From Rickettsia sp. (GTDB lineage: Bacteria; Pseudomonadota; Alphaproteobacteria; Rickettsiales; UBA1997): a stretch of 64,000 nucleotides of DNA. Positions 39,232 through 48,244 of the stretch are shown here, piece by piece; position 1 is the stretch's first letter; each line of letters starts with the position of its first letter. The notes under the pieces were generated by a model. It had not been told where the DNA came from, made no database searches, and saw only the letters and a list, made by a program, of their open reading frames with translations. Both the position numbers and the translations under genes were made by a program. The stretch covers positions 11,904-75,903 of the forward strand of contig JAYPPA010000005.1 in the NCBI GenBank assembly GCA_038131245.1. The letters run 5' to 3'.

Positions 39232-40627
39232 GTGATTCACTCATAATTGGCCTTAGTAAGAAATATGTTATAAGTCCAAAAGCCATTCCTGGTGTAGTTT
39301 CATAGATATATTCATCAAGTCCAAAATGTCTCCAGACTAACATGGAAACTATTCCTGAGATGGCGACTGTGATTGCGAGTTTTTCACTAATTTTTCCTCC
39401 AAAAATATGGATTAAAAGCAGCGGAACAAAGCTTGAGGCGAGGGCTGACCAGGCGATTAGAACTAGGCTAAAGACATTGTTAGTGCCGTAAAGAGCGATA
39501 AATAATGCGACAAAAGTTATGAAAACTGTTGCTAATTTTGTCATTAAATAGGATGGTTTTTTTTGACTAAAATCGCGGGTTATTGCTGCTGTGCAAGATA
39601 ATATTTGTGAATCCGCAGTTGACATTGTCGCAGCAAAAATGCCCGCTAAGATTATCCCCACCAGCACTTCTGGAAGTAGTGACATGGAAAGAACTGGCAA
39701 TGCTAATTCTGGATCAAGCCCAATAATGTCTGGTAATAATATTCTTGCGGCAATTCCAACTAATATTGTCATAATGTAAAAAAGGGTGTAGAAGCTGTAA
39801 TAATATGCCCTGACTCTGTTAATATTGTTTGGGTCGTCCATTGCCATAAAGCGAACCATGATATGCGGCTGTCCTGCGACTCCAAAACCTGTGAAAATCC
39901 AGCCAGCAACAAACATTAAAGGCCCAACATATGGCCCCAATGGAAGATTTTGCGGGAAAAGATTTGTATATTCACCAGAAACATTTGCTGATTTTGTAAT
40001 TAGGTCAGAAACGCCGCCAACTTCTCCTACAGCAACTACGCAAAGTAAACCCATGGCAAAAATCATCACAAAAGATTGCGCGGCATCCGTCCAAATTGAC
40101 GCTCTAATTCCGCCAGCAAAGCAATATATCAGTACAATTAAGGCGCCTATTATTGCTCCAGCTTCGTAACTCCAGCCAAGTAAAACATTAAGTGCTTTAC
40201 TTCCAGCCGCTAATTGCGCCGCGGCGTATGTACCAAGAAAAATTATCGTGATAAGTCCAAGATAAGCTCTTAATTTTCTGTGGTCAAGGCCTCCCCATTT
40301 ACTAATAGCGCCGGCAAAACTTAGCACACCTTGTTCTTCACTGGAGATTCTGAGCTTTTTGTGGATCAGTAAAGAAGCCACTAAATCGCCAAAGATCCAG
40401 CCAAACATGAGCCATATTGAGGAGAATCCGTAAATATAAGTATAGCCAACCATGCCAATAAACATATAGCCACTATTGTTAGTGGCAACAGCTGATAAAC
40501 CGACTAGCCAAGGCTTAACGCTGTGACTTGCCAACAAATAATCGGAATTATTATGTTTGTTTTTAAGTGTTGACAATGTTCCTATTATAACAAATATAAG
40601 TAAACATATAACGAAACTTGCGATCAT
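39224..40627 (-). CDS. Sodium:solute symporter (SSS) family transporter, PutP-like
   Basis: 467 aa with about 12-13 TM helices. GGIRASIWTDAAQ and STADSQIL motifs are typical of the SSS family. Confidence 0.8.
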   Translation of the reverse strand: MIASFVICLLIFVIIGTLSTLKNKHNNSDYLLASHSVKPWLVGLSAVATNNSGYMFIGMVGYTYIYGFSSIWLMFGWIFGDLVASLLIHKKLRISSEEQGVLSFAGAISKWGGLDHRKLRAYLGLITIIFLGTYAAAQLAAGSKALNVLLGWSYEAGAIIGALIVLIYCFAGGIRASIWTDAAQSFVMIFAMGLLCVVAVGEVGGVSDLITKSANVSGEYTNLFPQNLPLGPYVGPLMFVAGWIFTGFGVAGQPHIMVRFMAMDDPNNINRVRAYYYSFYTLFYIMTILVGIAARILLPDIIGLDPELALPVLSMSLLPEVLVGIILAGIFAATMSTADSQILSCTAAITRDFSQKKPSYLMTKLATVFITFVALFIALYGTNNVFSLVLIAWSALASSFVPLLLIHIFGGKISEKLAITVAISGIVSMLVWRHFGLDEYIYETTPGMAFGLITYFLLRPIMSESHD

Positions 40628-40852
40628 TTTCTTGAATTTTAAATTAATAAAACAAACCTAATATATCAAAAGGGTAGCATATGGGTTTTTTAAATTCAAG
40701 GATCGATCTTGATTAACTTAATATTTGTCTATAAATAATTTACCTTCATGTTTAATAGTACCACAAAATTAGAGCATTGTCAAGAAAAATCAACAAAAAA
40801 TCGGTAAATATAAAAAGAGATGTATTTAGAAGATAAATTCAGCCAATTTTTC

Positions 40853-40881
40853 TTGCAAATATAAAAGAAATATGCTATAAT
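40853..40881 (+). promoter_or_regulatory. Sigma70-like promoter upstream of the rhodanese gene
   Basis: TTGCAA (40853-40858), a 17-nt spacer, then TATAAT (40876-40881) with an extended -10 (TGCTATAAT). Confidence 0.45.
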
Positions 40882-40913
40882 ATATAAATATAAAGTAAAT
40901 TAATTTAGAATTT

Positions 40914-41465
40914 ATGGCGATAAAAAATGTTGATGCAAAAACGCTAAAAAAATGGCTAGAAAATGACGAGGCGGTGATTGTTGATGTTAGAGAACCTGCC
41001 GAGCATTCTGCGAAGAATATTTCTGCGGCAAAATTACTGCCACTTGGTCAGGTCAATCTTGATTCTTTGCCTAAACATGAAGGTAAAAAGCTGGTACTGC
41101 ATTGTCATTCAGGCAAGAGAAGCTCTAGTGCTTGCGCAAAATTACTACAAGAAAATCCGGATCTTGAGGTATATAATCTTGAGGGTGGAATTTCTGCCTG
41201 GAGTGATTCTGGGTGTGACACAAAAGAGTCTGGTAAATTTTTCCTGCCACTTGATCGTCAGGTACAGCTAACTATTGGGCTTGGGGTTTTGACTGGCTCT
41301 TTTCTTGGGTTTTATATTGATGAAGCATTCTTTTTGCTTTCTGGATTTTTTGGTGCTGGACTTATTTTTGCTGGTCTCACGGGAACTTGTGGACTAGCAA
41401 TATTGATGGCTAAAATGCCTTGGAACAAGGCTTGTGGAAAAACTAATTCTTGTCAAGTAAAGTAA
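40914..41465 (+). CDS. Rhodanese-domain inner-membrane protein (YgaP-like)
   Basis: It has an N-terminal rhodanese domain with the active-site loop CHSGKRS, and C-terminal two-TM DUF2892-like segments (LTIGLGVLTGSFLGF..., GLIFAGLTGTCGLA). Confidence 0.75.
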   Translation: MAIKNVDAKTLKKWLENDEAVIVDVREPAEHSAKNISAAKLLPLGQVNLDSLPKHEGKKLVLHCHSGKRSSSACAKLLQENPDLEVYNLEGGISAWSDSGCDTKESGKFFLPLDRQVQLTIGLGVLTGSFLGFYIDEAFFLLSGFFGAGLIFAGLTGTCGLAILMAKMPWNKACGKTNSCQVK

Positions 41466-41587
41466 GCTCTATATATTGTAGCGATTTTTCTTAAAATAGA
41501 CCTTTTGAATCTTTGTAGAAATTTGTTTACTTTTCGCTGCCACTATGCTATAATTACTATGTAATCTAATTAAAGAAATATAAAAAA

Positions 41588-43138
41588 ATGAATAATATCC
41601 ATAAAGCAAAATTAACTATTAGAAATGTCAAAAGAGAAGATTTTGCGAAAATTGTTGAACTTAGCCAAAAAAGCTATGAAGAGAAAATTACTATTTCACT
41701 AGAAATGTTAACTGGTCAGTTTAATAGATTCGAAGAAGGGCAATTCGTGGTTGAATGTGATGATAAAATTATTGGCCATTGTGCGACTTTTATTGTTAAG
41801 GAGGAGCTGGCTTTTGCTGATCATACTTATGCAGAAATTACCGGCGGTGGATTTGCTTCGCGTCATGATGAGGACGGAGATTATTTATATGGTATGGAAG
41901 TAGTCGTTGACCCGCAGTATCGTGGATTAAGGGTGGGGCAGAGACTTTATAATGCTAGAAAGGCTTTATGTAAAGAGTTTAATCTTAAGGGGATTGTCTT
42001 TGCCGGAAGGATGCCGAATTTTGCTAAGAAGAAAAAACAGGTGAAGTCTGCTACTGATTATGTTGAAAAAGTTATTGATAATAAGATTAAAGATCCAGTA
42101 ATTGGCTTTCAAATAAAAAATGGCTTTAAGTTTATTAAAGTTTTGAAAGATTATTTGATAAATGATGTAGAGTCTGGTTATAATGCAGCTTTTATGCTTT
42201 GGGAAAATCCGAGTTATGTGCCGCAGGATAATAAATATTCTGTGCAAAGGGGGCGGATTAATAATTCTGTTCGGGTTGTTTCTGTGCAATTTCAGGTTAG
42301 AGAAGTTGAGGATTTTGCCGAATTTTCAAGTCAAATCGAGTATTTTGTCGATGTTGCGTCTGATTATAAGGCGGATTTCATTACTTTTCCAGAATATGTA
42401 TCGATTCCGCTAATTTCAATAGATAAGAATAAGTCTTCGAGCACAAAAAATATTGAAAAATTGGCTGGCTATACCAAGGAATATGTTGATTTTTTCCAAG
42501 AAATGGCAATTTCTTATAATATTAATATTATTGGTGGGACTCACCCTACTTTGGTTAAAAAGAATAGGATTGAGAATTTGGCTTATGTATTTTTAAGAGA
42601 TGGTTCAGTTCATACTCAAGCAAAAATTCATATTACCCCAAGCGAGAAATATTGGCGCAATATTCATGGTGGAGATCATGTTAATACGATTGAAACAGAT
42701 TGCGGAACGATTGGTGTTTTGATTTGTTATGATTCAGAATTCCCAGAACTTTCTAGGCATTTAACCGATCAGGGGATGAAAATTCTTTTCGTGCCATTTT
42801 GTACTGATGAAAAACAGGGTTATAATCGTGTCAGATATTGCTGTCAGGCTAGGGCGGTCGAGAATCAGATTTATGTTGTTATGTCTGGGACTGTAGGTAA
42901 TTTGCCAAATGTTAGTAATATGGATGTTAATTATGCGGAGAGTTGTATTTTGACGCCGTGTGATTTTCCTTTTGCGAGGGATGGTATTGCTTCGACAGCG
43001 ATTCCAAATACCGAGATGGTAGTAATTTCAGATTTAAATGTTGAGTCATTAGTTGCCTCGAGGCAATCGGGCACTGTACAAAATCTTAAAGACAGAAGGC
43101 TTGATCTATATAGAGTTGACTGGAAGAAGAATAAATAA
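41588..43138 (+). CDS. Fusion protein: GNAT N-acetyltransferase domain plus carbon-nitrogen hydrolase (nitrilase-superfamily) domain
   Basis: The N-terminal GNAT motif is VVVDPQYRGLRVGQRLY. The C-terminal CN-hydrolase has the E-K-C triad context (FPEY..., ...HITPSEK..., IGVLICYDSEFPE). Confidence 0.75.
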   Translation: MNNIHKAKLTIRNVKREDFAKIVELSQKSYEEKITISLEMLTGQFNRFEEGQFVVECDDKIIGHCATFIVKEELAFADHTYAEITGGGFASRHDEDGDYLYGMEVVVDPQYRGLRVGQRLYNARKALCKEFNLKGIVFAGRMPNFAKKKKQVKSATDYVEKVIDNKIKDPVIGFQIKNGFKFIKVLKDYLINDVESGYNAAFMLWENPSYVPQDNKYSVQRGRINNSVRVVSVQFQVREVEDFAEFSSQIEYFVDVASDYKADFITFPEYVSIPLISIDKNKSSSTKNIEKLAGYTKEYVDFFQEMAISYNINIIGGTHPTLVKKNRIENLAYVFLRDGSVHTQAKIHITPSEKYWRNIHGGDHVNTIETDCGTIGVLICYDSEFPELSRHLTDQGMKILFVPFCTDEKQGYNRVRYCCQARAVENQIYVVMSGTVGNLPNVSNMDVNYAESCILTPCDFPFARDGIASTAIPNTEMVVISDLNVESLVASRQSGTVQNLKDRRLDLYRVDWKKNK

Positions 43139-43189
43139 GGCCTGGATTTAGCTAATATAGTATAATTCACGCATAATTAAAAGCATTTT

Positions 43190-45346
43190 ATGAAGGATAA
43201 TCAAAAATGTTGTCATCATGATCATGATTTTGTGAATAAAACTGAAATGGTTGCTAAAGGTTCTTTTTATAGCTGCCCTATGCACCCTCAAATTCGGCAA
43301 AAAACACCCGGAAGTTGTCCGATTTGTGGCATGGCTTTAGAGGCTGAATCTGTGGTTAATGGCGATGATAATCATTTTGATGAAGAATTGTTAAGCTTAA
43401 AAAAGCGCTTTATCATTGCGCTAATCCTAACTTTACCGGTTTTTATTTTAGAAATGGGTGGGCATTTTTTTGAGATTGCTCCTGCTAAGGTTTCTCAGGC
43501 AATGCAGCTGGTTTTTTCTTCTGTAGTAGTATTTTATAGTGGATCAATATTTTTCAGAAAAGCATTTGAATCGCTGAAGAATAAATCGCTCAATATGTTT
43601 ACTTTGATTGCTATTGGGACTGGGGTGTCTTGGTTTTATAGTTTATTTGCATTTTTTTTACCAGATTTTTTTCCAGCAGAATTACTTACTCATGATGGTG
43701 TGATGCCAGTTTATTTCGAAGCAGCCTCAGTAATAACTACTCTGGTTTTGCTTGGACAGGTTTTAGAAGTTAAGGCTAGAAAAAGTACTTCTGGCTCTAT
43801 TTCGGCTTTGATTAAATTAACTGCGACTGTTGCTTATCGTATTAATGGCGATGGTGAAGAAGAAGTCGCAGTTGAAAATTTGAAAATAGGGGATTTGCTT
43901 CGAGTTAGGCCGGGAGATAAAATTCCTGCGGATGGTGAAATTGTTGAGGGATCTAGCAATATTGATGAATCGATGATTACTGGTGAGTCTATGCCGATAA
44001 AAAAGACTGCTGGATCTATTGTAATTGGGGCCACGATAAATCAAGATGGATCTTTTGTGATGAAGGTTTTAAAATTGTCGCAAAATTCAATGCTAAGTCA
44101 AATTATTCAAATGGTTTTGGATGCTAAAAAATCGCAAACTCAAATTCAAAAACTTGTTGATCAGGTTTCTTCTTGGTTTGTGCCGCTAGTTATTGGAATT
44201 GCTATTTTAACATTTGCAATATGGTTATTTTTTCTTGGGGACATTACGCGCGCTTTAATTTCGGCAGTTGCGGTTTTGATTATTGCGTGTCCGTGCGCAC
44301 TTGGGCTTGCGACTCCGATGTCTATTATTGCTGCACTTGGTGTTGGTGCTAAAAATGGTATTTTGATAAAAAATGCTGAAAGTTTAGAAAAAATGCAAAA
44401 AATTGATCTAATTGTTGTTGATAAAACTGGAACTTTAACTGAAGGCAAGCCTAATTTGACTAAAATAATTACTGCAAATGATTTTGATGAAAAAGAGGTT
44501 TTAAGTTTTGCAGCTAGTTTAGAAAATCAAAGTGAGCACCCTTTGGCTAAGGCGATTTGCAATTTTGCTAAAGAGAAAAATATTGCTATATATAAGGCCG
44601 AAGATTTTTCTACTCCGATAGGTAAGGGTGTTGCTGGAAAAGTTGAGGGTAAAGAAATATTGATTGGTAATTTAAATTTTTTACAAGAACATGATGTTGA
44701 TTGCCAAGATCTAAAAGAGCGAGCGCAAAATATGGCGAAAGACGGAGCTACGGTGATTTTTATTGCTATTGATGGAAAGTTGGCGGCTATTTTTGCTATT
44801 GAAGATGCTATAAAATCAACAAGTTTTGATGCTATAAAAAAACTACAGAATCTTGACTTGAAAATAGTGATGCTTACTGGTGATAATCGAAAAACTGCTC
44901 AGAAGGTTGCTGATCAATTAGGAATTACTGAGGTTTTTGCTGAAGTTTTACCTGATGGAAAAAGTAAAATTATCGCCGATTTAAAGGAAAATGGTGAAAA
45001 AGTTGCAATGGTTGGTGACGGAATTAATGATGCACCGGCTTTGGTGATGGCTGATGTTGGAATTGCGGTTGCAAATGGGACTGATGTGGCGATTGAAAGC
45101 GCTGGGATTGTGCTTTTGCAAGGTGATTTGGCTAAGTTAGTCAAAGCCTATAATCTCTCCAAAAAAACTATGCGTAATATAAAGGAGAATTTGTTTTTTG
45201 CCTTTGCGTATAATGCCCTTGGGATTCCTTTAGCCAGTGGATTATTTGGATTTAATTTAAGTCCAGCTATTGCGGCGGCGGCTATGTCTCTTAGTTCGTT
45301 ATCAGTGATACTTAATTCTCTTCGACTTAGAAGAATTAAATTGTAA
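43190..45346 (+). CDS. copA: Copper-translocating P1B-type ATPase
   Basis: 718 aa. It has the transmembrane CPC motif (IIACPCALGLATP), DKTGTLT, GDGINDAP and SEHPLA. The N-terminus carries CCHHDHD and YSCPMHPQIRQKTPGSCPICGMAL instead of a classical GMTCxxC HMA domain. Confidence 0.9.
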   Translation: MKDNQKCCHHDHDFVNKTEMVAKGSFYSCPMHPQIRQKTPGSCPICGMALEAESVVNGDDNHFDEELLSLKKRFIIALILTLPVFILEMGGHFFEIAPAKVSQAMQLVFSSVVVFYSGSIFFRKAFESLKNKSLNMFTLIAIGTGVSWFYSLFAFFLPDFFPAELLTHDGVMPVYFEAASVITTLVLLGQVLEVKARKSTSGSISALIKLTATVAYRINGDGEEEVAVENLKIGDLLRVRPGDKIPADGEIVEGSSNIDESMITGESMPIKKTAGSIVIGATINQDGSFVMKVLKLSQNSMLSQIIQMVLDAKKSQTQIQKLVDQVSSWFVPLVIGIAILTFAIWLFFLGDITRALISAVAVLIIACPCALGLATPMSIIAALGVGAKNGILIKNAESLEKMQKIDLIVVDKTGTLTEGKPNLTKIITANDFDEKEVLSFAASLENQSEHPLAKAICNFAKEKNIAIYKAEDFSTPIGKGVAGKVEGKEILIGNLNFLQEHDVDCQDLKERAQNMAKDGATVIFIAIDGKLAAIFAIEDAIKSTSFDAIKKLQNLDLKIVMLTGDNRKTAQKVADQLGITEVFAEVLPDGKSKIIADLKENGEKVAMVGDGINDAPALVMADVGIAVANGTDVAIESAGIVLLQGDLAKLVKAYNLSKKTMRNIKENLFFAFAYNALGIPLASGLFGFNLSPAIAAAAMSLSSLSVILNSLRLRRIKL

Positions 45347-45376
45347 TGTATATTTGAAGCTTTAAAAACAAATTTT

Positions 45377-46735
45377 ATGAAATTAACATTTTTAGGTGCA
45401 ACAAAAACAGTAACGGGGTCGAAATATTTACTTGAATATGCTGGTAAAAAAATTTTGATTGATTGCGGATTGTTTCAAGGTTATAAAGAGCTGCGCTTAA
45501 AAAACTGGGCAAAACTTCCTGTTGACCCGAAAACCATTGATGCTGTGATATTGACTCATGCACATATTGATCATAGTGGCTATTTGCCATTATTGGTGAA
45601 AAATGGCTTTAAAGGTGATATTTATTGCAGTGATGCGACTTATGATTTATGTAAGATTTTACTTCCCGACAGCGGTTATTTGCAAGAAGAAGACGCCTTT
45701 AGAGCTAATAAATATAGCTATAGTAAGCATCACCCAGCTCTTCCATTATACACAAAAAAAGATGCTGAAGATTCATTGAAATTTTTCAAAGCTGTAGATT
45801 TTGCTAAAACTATTGAGTTTGATAAGAATATCAGCTTTGTTTTAAATCAATCTGGGCATATTTTGGGCTCTGCTTTTATTTCTTTATTTTTTGATGGCAA
45901 GAAAATAGTTTTTTCTGGAGATCTTGGACGCCTTAATGATCCGATATTGCGCAGTCCAGTAAAACTGCATGACACAGACTATTTGCTTATCGAATCAACT
46001 TATGGCGATAGGCTGCACGAAAAAACTGATCCAATTGAAATAATTGGCAAAATAATAATGGAAACTGTGCAAAAGGGTGGCTCGATACTTATTCCGGCTT
46101 TTGCTGTTGGGCGCTCTCAATCTATTATGCATTATATTTATAAACTAAAAGAATCAGGTTCAATTCCTGATTTACCAGTGTTTCTTGATAGTCCAATGGC
46201 AATAAGTGCTAGTAAACTGCTTTGCAAACATAACAGAGAAGTAAAATTATCCGAAGAATTATGTGACCGAGTTTGCGATACAGTCGTTTACACTAAAGAA
46301 GTCGAAGAATCAAAGAGAATTACTGCTATGACTAAACCAAGAATCATTATTTCAGCAAGCGGTATGGCAACAGGAGGAAGAGTCCTTCATCACATGAAAA
46401 ATATGATTACTGATTCCAAAAATACCATTCTTTTTGCCGGATTCCAAGCTGGGGGAACTAGGGGCGATAGATTACTAAAGGGTGAAAAACAAATAAAAAT
46501 ACATGGAGAAATGCATAATGTTAATGCTCGTATAGAAAGCATAACTGGCACTTCTGCGCATGCTGATTACGAAGAAATACTTCAGTGGCTTGGTAATTTT
46601 AAGAAGGCACCTAAAAAAACTTTTATTACTCACGGAGAATCCGAGGCTGCGAAATCATTAAAAGAAAAAATAGAAAAACAATTAGGCTGGGACAATGTTG
46701 TCATTCCCGAATATTTGCAATCTGAAAATCTATAA
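45377..46735 (+). CDS. Metallo-beta-lactamase fold, beta-CASP family (RNA-metabolising nuclease-like) hydrolase
   Basis: 452 aa. It has HAHIDHSG (HxHxDH), ESTYGDR, beta-CASP motifs (SGDLG, GTSAHAD, THGE) and a C-terminal RNA-specificity-type region. Confidence 0.8.
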   Translation: MKLTFLGATKTVTGSKYLLEYAGKKILIDCGLFQGYKELRLKNWAKLPVDPKTIDAVILTHAHIDHSGYLPLLVKNGFKGDIYCSDATYDLCKILLPDSGYLQEEDAFRANKYSYSKHHPALPLYTKKDAEDSLKFFKAVDFAKTIEFDKNISFVLNQSGHILGSAFISLFFDGKKIVFSGDLGRLNDPILRSPVKLHDTDYLLIESTYGDRLHEKTDPIEIIGKIIMETVQKGGSILIPAFAVGRSQSIMHYIYKLKESGSIPDLPVFLDSPMAISASKLLCKHNREVKLSEELCDRVCDTVVYTKEVEESKRITAMTKPRIIISASGMATGGRVLHHMKNMITDSKNTILFAGFQAGGTRGDRLLKGEKQIKIHGEMHNVNARIESITGTSAHADYEEILQWLGNFKKAPKKTFITHGESEAAKSLKEKIEKQLGWDNVVIPEYLQSENL

Positions 46736-46738
46736 ATT

Positions 46739-48241
46739 ATGGAAAAATCGGCTATTTATTTAAAGAAATTAGGTATAAATACTTATAAAGAAGCAGTAAT
46801 CTACATGCGAGAAGACAGCTATATATGTCGATCGGAAGGTTTCGAGTTACAATCTAGGGTGAAAGTTAGATTAAATGGTAAATCGATTATTGCAACTTTG
46901 AATACCATTGATTCTGATCTTTTAAGGAGCAACGAAGTTAGTCTTTCAAAATATGCGTGGGATTTATTATCAGCAAATGAAGGTGAGAAAGTAACAATAT
47001 CACACGCAATGCCAGTTGAATCCTTAAGATTTGTACGCTCTAAAATTTATGGAAACGAACTTTCGCAAAATGAAATGTCACAAATTATTCAAGATGTTGC
47101 TGCTGGTAAATATTCTGATATAAATATATCGTCATTTTTAACAGCTTGCGCTGGAGGAAGAATGAATGAAAATGAAATTATTTATCTTACCAAGGCAATG
47201 ATAAATGTCGGAGAGAGGCTTGACTGGGAATCTGATATTGTTGTTGATAAACATTGCGTAGGAGGGCTTCCTGGCAATCGAACAACACCAATAATAGTTT
47301 CAATCGTAGCAGCTTTTGGACTTATTATGCCAAAAACATCGTCGCGGGCCATTACTTCGCCAGCCGGAACTGCAGACACAATGGAGGTCCTAGCCCCAGT
47401 TGAATTAGACATAACATCCATGAAAGATGTTATTACCAAAGAAAATGGCTGTATTGCTTGGGGTGGGGCAGTGTCACTTAGTCCGGCTGACGACATATTG
47501 ATTCGCGTTGAAAAAGCACTAGACCTAGATAGCGATGGTCAATTAATAGCTTCAATTTTGTCGAAAAAAATAGCCGCTGGATCGACTCATATATTAATTG
47601 ATATTCCGGTTGGAATTACTGCGAAAGTTCGGTCTGTAAAGGCTGCTCAAACATTAAAAGATCATCTTGAATCTATTGGTAAAAATTTAGGCGTAGTAGT
47701 AAAAACAGTATTTACAGACGGCAGTCAGCCTGTTGGACATGGTATTGGGCCAACATTAGAGGCTAGGGACATTGTGTCAGTTTTAAAATGTGACATGGAT
47801 GCTCCGCAAGATTTGCGTGATCGGGCAATAATGCTTGCTGGTAAGATTATCGAGTTTTCTGATAAAGTCAAAGAAGGAGAAGGTAAAATAATTGCCAGCA
47901 ATATTTTGGATAGCGGGCAAGCTTGGCAAAAATTTCAAGCAATATGTCAGGCCCAAGGTGGAATGAAACAAATCCCAAAAGCAGAATTTACCTATCCTTA
48001 TAAATCCAATAAAAACGGCATAGTTTCATCGATCGATAATCGTCGTATAGCCCTTATTGCAAAACTTGCTGGGGCTCCGAATGAAAAAACAGCCGGAGTC
48101 GATTTACATGTTCATGTTGATGACATGATTGCAAAAGATCAAAGTCTATTTACGATTCATGCCAATTCGATCGGAGAGCTTAACTATGTCTTAGATTACT
48201 TAAATGAAAATGGCAATGAAATTATAACAATTAAAGGGTAA
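46739..48241 (+). CDS. Thymidine phosphorylase family protein with N-terminal extension (AMP-phosphorylase-like)
   Basis: 500 aa. An ~90-aa N-terminal domain precedes a glycosyltransferase family 3 core (DKHCVGGLPGNRTTPIIVSIVAAFGLIMPKTSSRAITSPAGTADTMEVL). It starts 3 nt after the MBL gene stop. Confidence 0.8.
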   Translation: MEKSAIYLKKLGINTYKEAVIYMREDSYICRSEGFELQSRVKVRLNGKSIIATLNTIDSDLLRSNEVSLSKYAWDLLSANEGEKVTISHAMPVESLRFVRSKIYGNELSQNEMSQIIQDVAAGKYSDINISSFLTACAGGRMNENEIIYLTKAMINVGERLDWESDIVVDKHCVGGLPGNRTTPIIVSIVAAFGLIMPKTSSRAITSPAGTADTMEVLAPVELDITSMKDVITKENGCIAWGGAVSLSPADDILIRVEKALDLDSDGQLIASILSKKIAAGSTHILIDIPVGITAKVRSVKAAQTLKDHLESIGKNLGVVVKTVFTDGSQPVGHGIGPTLEARDIVSVLKCDMDAPQDLRDRAIMLAGKIIEFSDKVKEGEGKIIASNILDSGQAWQKFQAICQAQGGMKQIPKAEFTYPYKSNKNGIVSSIDNRRIALIAKLAGAPNEKTAGVDLHVHVDDMIAKDQSLFTIHANSIGELNYVLDYLNENGNEIITIKG

Positions 48242-48244
48242 ATC

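Noticed and set aside
39825-40169. Other long alternative-frame or antisense ORFs inside well-supported genes, such as 39825..40169(+); also 1987..2262(-), 11779..12102(-), 15130..15465(+), 27604..27948(+), 44161..44448(-), 47182..47496(-), 48658..48981(-) and 34787..35140(-)
   Set aside because: Each is fully nested in a gene with strong family motifs on the other strand or frame, and none has independent start signals or recognisable domains. They are typical shadow ORFs.
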